Shown here: piece by piece, positions 26,042 through 32,539 of the stretch | How the letters are laid out: the number at the start of each line of letters is the position of its first letter | How positions within the stretch are numbered: position 1 is the stretch's first letter | From: Candidatus Bathyarchaeota archaeon | GTDB taxonomy: Archaea > Thermoproteota > Bathyarchaeia > Bathyarchaeales > Bathyarchaeaceae | Assembly: GCA_020348945.1 (NCBI GenBank) | Contig: CP070759.1 | Coordinates: 1,172,074-1,204,612 of the forward strand | Reading direction: 5' to 3' | DNA length: 32,539 bases | Notes under the pieces: model-generated | What the model was told of the DNA's origin: nothing | The model's input: the letters and a program-made list of their open reading frames with translations, nothing else | The model's database searches: none | Made by a program: the position numbers and the translations under genes

Positions 26042-27940
26042 TTAAACGAGGTCTTTCAACTTTCTTTTCAATGTTTCGCTAACTGACTCAACCTTGACTC
26101 GTCCTCGGGTTCTCTTCATAACCATGCCCATGAGGGGCCCAAAAGCACCCTCTTTTCTCTCTTCTATCAAGCTTCTGTTTTCTCTTATCAAATCATCTAT
26201 TATTTTTTCCAGTTCCTCTTGTGAAATCATAGTCAACCCCAGACTTTTAACAGCCTCCTTCGCTGTAGCGTTCTCATTTTTCGACAGCCAAGTAATGCTG
26301 TCTGATATTGCTTCCTTAGCGGTTTCTCCGGCGTCCACAAGATGAAACAGCTCTTTCAACTGCTCATCACTAACCTTCTCCACTTCGATTCCATCGCGTC
26401 TCAAGGCCTTCATGGTCTCCGTTAACGCAACCGCTATGACAGTGGGAGAAACCTTGGTTTCCTGAGCCAGCGCTTCAAATAAATCCGTGTACTGTGAATT
26501 CAGAATTTGCCTCACCAGCTTAAGATTTAAACCGTACTCTTTTGTTAAGCGCTTCATCTTCTGCTCGGGCAACTCCGGAAGACAAGCGCGCAGATTTTCC
26601 ACATGATCTTCACTCAACTGGATTGGAGGAACATCAGTCTCCGGATACATTCGAGCAGCCCCAGGCCTCGGACGCATGTACCGGGTAGTCCCATCTAGGT
26701 TTGCCGCACGCGTTTCTTCAGGAACTCCCATCACCGCCTCTCTAGCTCTCTGCGTCACGACTTCAATGGCGTCGTTTGCGTTTTCCACACTATCCGCCAC
26801 GAATACAACAGCATCTTGGGGTTCCGCTTTCACAAGCTTCTTTAGATCTTCTGTTTCTTTGACGGTTACTCCATAGGCTGGAAGCTCATCCGTGTGAAAG
26901 ATTCCGCCTACCCTTCCCCAGAAACGAGCAATGTCTGCCATTTCCATTCCAAGCCTCATGCCAGGAGCTAGCTCCATCTTGAGTAGCCCAGCAAACATGG
27001 GCAGTTTGACCGCTAACACAAGCTGGTTTTGGCTGACTGCTTTTTGGATGACTCGACACTTTGTTTGCTTGAAAATGGGTGTAACGTCCACGAACTCGTC
27101 TTTGATGATCTTTTCTGTTACTCCGCGTTTTTTCAACTCAGCTTTTATCTTGAGGAGACCGAGCTGGCGCTGAACCTCATACTCGACAGCCTTCGAGACC
27201 AGTTCAAGCTGTTGAACTCCCTTAATTTCGGTTAGAGCTCCGTCTCGAATTGATATGTTCAGGTCTTGGCGAATGGTTCCTAGTCCTCGCCTAACCTTTC
27301 GTGTGGCTCTCATTACTCGCCCGATAGCTAGAGCGGTTTTTTCCGCTTCCTGAGGAGAATAGATGACTGGCGCTGTGGTGACCTCAATGAGGGGAATTCC
27401 GAGGCGGTCGATTCGATATCGAATGACAGAGTCTTTTTTCACCATTTTTCTAGCAGCGTCTTCTTCAAGACTTACGTGTTGTATGGGAACTTTTTTTCCT
27501 TCAATGTCCAGTTCTCCGTCAAGAGCAATGACGCATGTTCGCTGGAAGCCTGTGGTGTTCGATCCGTCTATAACGGTTTTGCGCATCACATGTATTTCAT
27601 CCACGGATTTGGCGTTCATCATGAGTGCAGCTGTGAGGGCGATTTCCACTGCTTCTCGATTAAGGTCGTGAGGGGGCTCCTCATCCATCTCTACGAGGCA
27701 CGAGGTTTCTCTGTTCGCTTCGTACAGTATTTTCACGCCTTTCTGAAACTCGAAGAAGGCTGCTGGATCAATTTGCCCCAACTCGCTCTGAGTAGGTCTT
27801 AGCCTCCTTAGAAACGTGATTTCTGATTCTTCTTTGAAGAGTTTAGGCTTGCAGGAGCAGAAGAGTTTTGTCTCTGTGTCGAGTTGCTGATGCACTTCAA
27901 GCCCGATTTTTAGTCCAACTTTTGGATAATTGATGTTCAT
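26042..27940 (-). CDS. gatE: Glutamyl-tRNA(Gln) amidotransferase subunit E
   Basis: KIGLEVHQQL, LRPTQSELG, RKTVIDGSNTTGFQRT, LEEDAAR, GTIRQDLN, RPRPGAARMYPETD. Confidence 0.96.
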   Translation of the reverse strand: MNINYPKVGLKIGLEVHQQLDTETKLFCSCKPKLFKEESEITFLRRLRPTQSELGQIDPAAFFEFQKGVKILYEANRETSCLVEMDEEPPHDLNREAVEIALTAALMMNAKSVDEIHVMRKTVIDGSNTTGFQRTCVIALDGELDIEGKKVPIQHVSLEEDAARKMVKKDSVIRYRIDRLGIPLIEVTTAPVIYSPQEAEKTALAIGRVMRATRKVRRGLGTIRQDLNISIRDGALTEIKGVQQLELVSKAVEYEVQRQLGLLKIKAELKKRGVTEKIIKDEFVDVTPIFKQTKCRVIQKAVSQNQLVLAVKLPMFAGLLKMELAPGMRLGMEMADIARFWGRVGGIFHTDELPAYGVTVKETEDLKKLVKAEPQDAVVFVADSVENANDAIEVVTQRAREAVMGVPEETRAANLDGTTRYMRPRPGAARMYPETDVPPIQLSEDHVENLRACLPELPEQKMKRLTKEYGLNLKLVRQILNSQYTDLFEALAQETKVSPTVIAVALTETMKALRRDGIEVEKVSDEQLKELFHLVDAGETAKEAISDSITWLSKNENATAKEAVKSLGLTMISQEELEKIIDDLIRENRSLIEERKEGAFGPLMGMVMKRTRGRVKVESVSETLKRKLKDLV

Positions 27941-27947
27941 TTGTTGT

Positions 27948-29276
27948 TTACTCCTCTTCTTCAGGAGTGGTTCTGGGCGAGATTTCGTGAGCTATGTTTG
28001 CGGTGAGAAGCTTTTTAACTTCTTCAACATCCTTGGTTTGTCCTAGGACCCACATGAGTTTCACTAGGGCGGTTTCGGGCAGCATGTCTTCAAGCGGGAT
28101 CACTCCCATTGCTAAAAGGTCTCGACCTGTGTCGTAAACGTTCATGCCTAAACGTCCCCAAATACACTGCGAGGTCATGGCGACAACCACATCGTTTTTA
28201 ACAGCCTTCCTAATCGCTGGGAAACAGTAGTTGCTCACGTGGCCAAGTCCTGTTCCCTCGAGGACAATGCCCCTGTAACCTTCTTCAATGTGCCACTCGA
28301 GGATTTTAGGATTTAAACCTAGATGAAACTTGACTAGCGCCACTTTTTCATCAAAGTCTGGTTTCAGAACCAGTTTTCGTGAGGAGTCACGCTGACAATA
28401 ATCATCCACCAACATGGTGATCTTCTCGTTTTCTATCCTAGCGAGCGGTGAGGTGTTCACGGATTGAAAAGTGTCCCGTCGACTCGTGTGACATTTTCTA
28501 ACCTTAGTTCCCCGATGGAACACGATGGAAGCGTCCGAAATCGTTTCGTGCATAGCTAAGACCACCTCGGCAAAGGGAGCCCACGCAGCCGCCCTTACAG
28601 CACCTATCAGGTTGGTTGCAGCATCTGAACTAGGGCGGTCAGCGGATCGTTGGGAACCCACCATTATCACAGGCACTGGCAGATTTTGAAGTGTGAAGCT
28701 TAAGGCGGCTGAGGTGTATGCCATGGTGTCGGTTCCATGGGGTACCACGACTCCTGCTGCGCCTTTTTGGATGTGTTTGGCGACGGTTTTGGCTGTTTCT
28801 GACCAGTGCTTCGCTGTGATGTTTTCGCTGTAAAGGCTGAAAAGAATCTGTGCGTCTATTGTGGCGACTTCTGAGAGTTCCGGAACAACGCTGTAGAGGT
28901 CGCTTGCGGAGAGGGCGGAGCGTACTCCTCCTGTTCGGTAGTCCACTCGGCTGGCGATGGTGCCTCCGGTGCTGATGATTGCCACTTTAGGTAATTCTGG
29001 TTTTTGTTTTGGAAGCGGTGGCGGTGTGAAAGTGGGTTTGGCTCCTACTCCGATTTTTTCGATTTGTGTGTTGAGGGTGATGTTGATTCCTATGTTGTAG
29101 CCGCTTTTCATCTTAATTACAACGTGCTTTTCATCGCCATATTCGGATCTGGGAATGAGGATGCCCTCGTAGGTTTTCGCGTCTTTCGTGATGCGGATAA
29201 GGTCGCCGATTTCAGCTCCAGCTTTCCTCAGAACTTGTAATGCTTTTCCTTTATATCCTGGAAAACCTTCGCTCAA
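27948..29276 (-). CDS. gatD: Glutamyl-tRNA(Gln) amidotransferase subunit D
   Basis: KMKSGYNIG, STGGTIASRVDYRTG, HGTDTM, GSQRSADRPSSD, RKCHTSRRD; adjacent to gatE. Confidence 0.96.
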   Translation of the reverse strand: MSEGFPGYKGKALQVLRKAGAEIGDLIRITKDAKTYEGILIPRSEYGDEKHVVIKMKSGYNIGINITLNTQIEKIGVGAKPTFTPPPLPKQKPELPKVAIISTGGTIASRVDYRTGGVRSALSASDLYSVVPELSEVATIDAQILFSLYSENITAKHWSETAKTVAKHIQKGAAGVVVPHGTDTMAYTSAALSFTLQNLPVPVIMVGSQRSADRPSSDAATNLIGAVRAAAWAPFAEVVLAMHETISDASIVFHRGTKVRKCHTSRRDTFQSVNTSPLARIENEKITMLVDDYCQRDSSRKLVLKPDFDEKVALVKFHLGLNPKILEWHIEEGYRGIVLEGTGLGHVSNYCFPAIRKAVKNDVVVAMTSQCIWGRLGMNVYDTGRDLLAMGVIPLEDMLPETALVKLMWVLGQTKDVEEVKKLLTANIAHEISPRTTPEEEE

Positions 29277-29299
29277 ACCTTATTTCTCCAGTTTAATAC

Positions 29300-29350
29300 T
29301 GTAACGTTACAACTACCTAAAATCACTTCTTTAACGTTAGATATATAAAA
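29300..29350 (-). promoter_or_regulatory. gatDE promoter with TATA and two TAACGTTA palindromes
   Basis: Minus-strand TTTTATATAT (29341-29350); TAACGTTA at 29332-29339; TGTAACGTTACA at 29300-29311. Confidence 0.55.
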
Positions 29351-29404
29351 ATTGAATACTTTTGATCGATTAGCTTCACTTATACGTTTGAGTTGCCCGA
29401 TGAC

Positions 29405-29566
29405 CTACTTTATTTTCAAATATTGTTTCAACGCGTTGGTTACTGTCTCGGACAACGTTAATTGTTTCTTATGCATTTTCTTTGTAACTTCTTCCCATAA
29501 TTCGTAATCTATGGCAAAAGCTACATCTAGAAATTGTCGATTTTTCTTGTCTTGTTCTGTTTCCAA
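29405..29566 (-). CDS. Ribbon-helix-helix (CopG/Arc-like) DNA-binding protein
   Basis: Beta strand FLDVAFAID, helix YELWEEVTKKMHKK, helix TLSETVTNALKQYL. TTG 29566 follows AGAAGGA. Confidence 0.68.
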   Translation of the reverse strand: METEQDKKNRQFLDVAFAIDYELWEEVTKKMHKKQLTLSETVTNALKQYLKIK

Positions 29567-29585
29567 CGTTTCATTCCTTCTATAC

Positions 29586-29624
29586 AAACCGAACAGTTTT
29601 TCATGATGCGTGCGTGTTCGGTTT
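29586..29624. repeat. 10-bp perfect inverted repeat with 19-nt spacer
   Basis: AAACCGAACA (29586-29595) / TGTTCGGTTT (29615-29624). Confidence 0.6.
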
Positions 29625-30040
29625 CAACTGAAAAAAGGTTGGGCACTAAGATAAGGGTTGTTAATCATCACTTATGATTTGGAAATTTTAGTTATTTTCT
29701 TTCAAACTAATCTATGACTTAAAAAAAGTGGTATCGCCGACTCCTAGTATGACTATTTGCGTGTGCATTCTTTATAATTTCACAGTTTTCACAACTTTCT
29801 GTCGAATATTAATTAATATATCACTAAAAATAAGGCCAAAATAAGCTTGAAACTATGGAAAAGGCTTGTAAAACAATACGCGGGTAAAACACAAAAGAAT
29901 TGCGCGCGCAAAACGGGTCTGATGATGTAGAGAACAATAAGCCTTTTAGGAAGGCAACTTACCCAAGTAGAGAATAAATAATGCGCGCGCTGCAATAGTG
30001 AAGAGGTGTCTCGATTTTATAAATTAGATGTGTGATACTG

Positions 30041-30253
30041 ATGCCATTCACGCCGTTTCATTTAGGTCCAGCTTTGGGTTTAGGGCTTCCCCTTAGAAGG
30101 TACATGCATGTACCGACGTTTATTTTAGCTAACGTAATAGTTGATGTTGAGCCTTTCTTAGTACTTTTTCTCGGGTTACACTATCCTTTGCATGGATATC
30201 TTCATACATTCTTTCTATCTTTCTTTTCTAGAAGTTATTTCCATAACCGTTAA
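30041..30253 (+). pseudogene. Truncated membrane-bound metal-dependent hydrolase (MPFTPFH-type)
   Basis: MPFTPFHLGPA...ANVIVDVEP...LHGYLHTF matches the family N-terminus. The sequence then becomes unrelated and AT-rich and stops after 70 aa; no continuation seen in other frames. Confidence 0.6.
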
Positions 30254-30362
30254 ATCTTAAACAATACAACTGAAAATGAATTTCTATGCTAAAGAAAATA
30301 GAAATGGAAGAGAAATTATACATAATGCTCAAAAACGAGTAACTGCTTGACGGTGTTGTAAA

Positions 30363-30800
30363 ATGAAACGAGGCCTGCTCGTTTTAATGGTTATCTGTGG
30401 TTTCACGTTGGGCGTGGGACTTAGCTTCACCGTTCATTTGACGCGTTACAGCATTGAGAACATTGCGGCTGTGAAAATGGTGGGCGTATCAGTTTGGCAA
30501 GATGTGAACCTTACGACGCCGTTGACCCAATTGGACTGGGGATTTATCGAGCCTGGAGAAAACGTGACAATCACTTGCTACGTTCGAAACGAGGGAAATA
30601 TACCTGAAACACTCGGACTTTTAACGGAAAACTGGACGCCCGCCAACGCTTCGGATTGGATAAATCTTTCATGGAACCTTGAGGGCGTAACCATAGATTT
30701 TGGTGAAGCCTTGACGGGCAACTTCACCTTAACGGTTTCATCAAGCATCACGAGTGTAATAAAATTCAGTTTTGACACGGTGATTGTTGGAAGCGGTTAA
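30363..30800 (+). CDS. Secreted small beta-sandwich protein of unknown function
   Basis: Signal-like MKRGLLVLMVICGFTLGVGL; LDWGFIEPGENVTITCYVRNEGN; all-beta pattern; several N-x-S/T sequons. Confidence 0.75.
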   Translation: MKRGLLVLMVICGFTLGVGLSFTVHLTRYSIENIAAVKMVGVSVWQDVNLTTPLTQLDWGFIEPGENVTITCYVRNEGNIPETLGLLTENWTPANASDWINLSWNLEGVTIDFGEALTGNFTLTVSSSITSVIKFSFDTVIVGSG

Positions 30801-30848
30801 TTTGAATTTGTTCGAGTTCACCGTGTACGCGTGTACACTTGAAGTTTT

Positions 30849-31028
30849 TTACTCTTCAAGAGGTTCTATGACTAGTCTCTTTTTTCCAGTTTTAAATGAT
30901 ACTTTAACTCTTACTGAAGTTTCTGTTTGAAAGGGAAACATAGAATCTGTTGCCAAATCTAAGGGCAGATAAATCAAGTATTTGCCATCAGCCCTTTTGA
31001 ACAATCTTCCCTTACCAGCGTTAACCAT
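30849..31028 (-). CDS. AbrB/MazE-like (swapped-hairpin) small DNA-binding protein, 59 aa (not in ORF track)
   Basis: GAGGTGA SD; MVNAGKGRLFKRADGKYLIYLPLDLATDSMFPFQTETSVRVKVSFKTGKKRLVIEPLEE*. Confidence 0.72.
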   Translation of the reverse strand: MVNAGKGRLFKRADGKYLIYLPLDLATDSMFPFQTETSVRVKVSFKTGKKRLVIEPLEE

Positions 31029-31223
31029 GCGATCACCTCGCGCTTTTATCCTCTATGGAATACTCTTTATTAAATCTTTAGTTCAATTTTGAAACAAAAC
31101 GACATTAATATTAATCAATTAAATGAAAATAACCCCAAAATTGATTCGTAGAAACGAGAGAAGCTGAAGAAAGTGTAGAAGAGTGAGGCTATGAGAGAGA
31201 ATAGCGTAAGCAAAATCAAACCA

Positions 31224-32537
31224 TCAGTTCTCCAATATCTTGGAAACATACGGGTCATCACAGTCGTAACCAAACTTTTTGTAATATTGCTTTGTCCCCA
31301 GAGCACTTGTAACAACAATCTTTCTTCGATCATATTCTTCCCAAGATATCCGTTCAGCTTCTGAAAGAAGAATGCCTCCGTAACTCTTATGTTGCCACGC
31401 TTTCGCCATACGTTTTCCAACAGGAACCAAAGGACCGTAAACATGTAGTTCACGAACAATCGATGTTGCCTTGGGAAGGATTTCAGGTCTATGCGCCTTT
31501 TCAGTGGGGATACGCAGCCTAAGGTAACCTATGAGAATCTCGTTAATTGAATCTTCAATAGAGATAAAAACGTCTTCTCCTTCTGAAGCTCTCTCTTTCG
31601 TAATTATTGTTTGTATGTTGTTGAGATCAGGCTTTACTTCGTCTTTCAACCATCGATGTCCCACCTCACGGCATCGGATACAGTGACACTTCATCTTCTG
31701 TTCTTTAAGTCTCCGCAAAACCATCTGTCGAAGATTACCCTTGTCTACTCCAGCTTCGATGAGAAAAGCGGGGATGTCTCTCTGAACTCTCATGATCCGA
31801 ACCCATTGAGGAACCATTTTTTTCACTTTCAGAATAAGTTGAGTTGCCTCTTCTGTGGTGTAGGGCTGGTACTTTCCTTGACTCCACCATTTGTAAGCTT
31901 TTGTTCCTTTGAGAACAAGGCAGGGATAAATCTTAATCATGTCTGGCTTGAAGCTGGAATCCGTGAAGATCTTCTGGAATCCTTTCAAGTCACGTTCAAA
32001 GTTTGAGCCAGGCAGTCCAGGCATGAGATGGTAAGCCACTTTCAGTCCAGCATCCTTCAATATACGGGTGGCTTCAATCACGTCTTGAACCGTGTGTCCT
32101 CGACCGACCAGCTCATAAATGTCGTCATAAACGTTTTGGACACCTAATTCCACGCGAGTTACGCCCATGGACAACATGTGGTCAATGTGGTTTTCTTTGG
32201 CCCAGTCGGGACGTGTTTCCACGGTGATGCCGACATTGCGGATTTTGCTTGTTTCTGCAGTTTTTTTTGCTTCTTCTAGTGATTTAGATTTTTTCTTGGT
32301 GATGGCTTCTAGGCAACGTTGAATGAAGTGTTCTTGATAGTTAAGGGGCGTGTTGGGAAAGGTTCCTCCCATTACCACTAGTTCTATTTTGTCCACGGTG
32401 TGTCCGATTGCTTCTAGTTGTTTGATGCGATTTTTAACTTGTCTGTAGGGGTTGAATCCGCTTTGTATTCCTCTCATGGTTGCTGGTTCGTGTCCTGTGT
32501 AGCTTTGAGGAACTCCTTGAGGTGGGCCGCCTGGACA
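31224..32537 (-). CDS. elp3: tRNA uridine(34) 5-carboxymethylating acetyltransferase Elp3 (radical SAM plus KAT), 5' truncated by window edge
   Basis: Frame is open to the window end: CPGGP...PQSYTGHEPA, MGGTF, ETRPD, VELGVQ, KIYPCLV, RVQRDIP, CIRCREVG, VRELHVYG. Confidence 0.94.
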   Translation of the reverse strand, partial: CPGGPPQGVPQSYTGHEPATMRGIQSGFNPYRQVKNRIKQLEAIGHTVDKIELVVMGGTFPNTPLNYQEHFIQRCLEAITKKKSKSLEEAKKTAETSKIRNVGITVETRPDWAKENHIDHMLSMGVTRVELGVQNVYDDIYELVGRGHTVQDVIEATRILKDAGLKVAYHLMPGLPGSNFERDLKGFQKIFTDSSFKPDMIKIYPCLVLKGTKAYKWWSQGKYQPYTTEEATQLILKVKKMVPQWVRIMRVQRDIPAFLIEAGVDKGNLRQMVLRRLKEQKMKCHCIRCREVGHRWLKDEVKPDLNNIQTIITKERASEGEDVFISIEDSINEILIGYLRLRIPTEKAHRPEILPKATSIVRELHVYGPLVPVGKRMAKAWQHKSYGGILLSEAERISWEEYDRRKIVVTSALGTKQYYKKFGYDCDDPYVSKILEN

Positions 32538-32539
32538 GT

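Noticed and set aside
29806-29819. AT-only palindrome ATATTAATTAATAT (similar ATTAATATTAAT near 31104)
   Set aside because: Expected by chance in AT-rich spacers.
31115-31219. 34-aa hydrophobic ORF directly after elp3 (MILLTLFSLIASLFY...)
   Set aside because: No clear SD; the pyrimidine-rich sequence is compatible with a terminator region; no independent support.

Overview
Archaeal chromosomal segment. The archaeal origin is supported by gatD/gatE, a DGGGP synthase, Elp3 and an ADP-forming acetyl-CoA synthetase alpha subunit; the gene style suggests Bathyarchaeia or a related TACK lineage (inference). Housekeeping and metabolic genes dominate: a partial acyl-CoA ligase, a saccharopine-dehydrogenase-like enzyme, a CofE-like ligase, acdA, ino1, an MBL nuclease, 2-oxoacid/acetoin dehydrogenase E1a/E1b/E2 without E3, a serA-like dehydrogenase, DGGGP synthase, a tandem-SIS protein, a NUDIX hydrolase, gatDE and a partial elp3. 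The strongest candidate for an undescribed system is at 21.5-26.0 kb. There, a nurA-herA pair with no adjacent mre11/rad50 shares a divergent promoter with a cluster of four small winged-helix proteins that form two paralogous pairs and share an N-terminal beta-hairpin/helix module. Other points of interest: a membrane-tethered wHTH regulator with matching operators upstream of itself and of a surface-protein gene; TAACGTTA palindromes in the gatDE promoter next to an RHH gene; small ORFs missed by the ORF track; and many alternating purine-pyrimidine tracts in intergenic DNA. I saw no tRNA, rRNA, CRISPR array or transposase.
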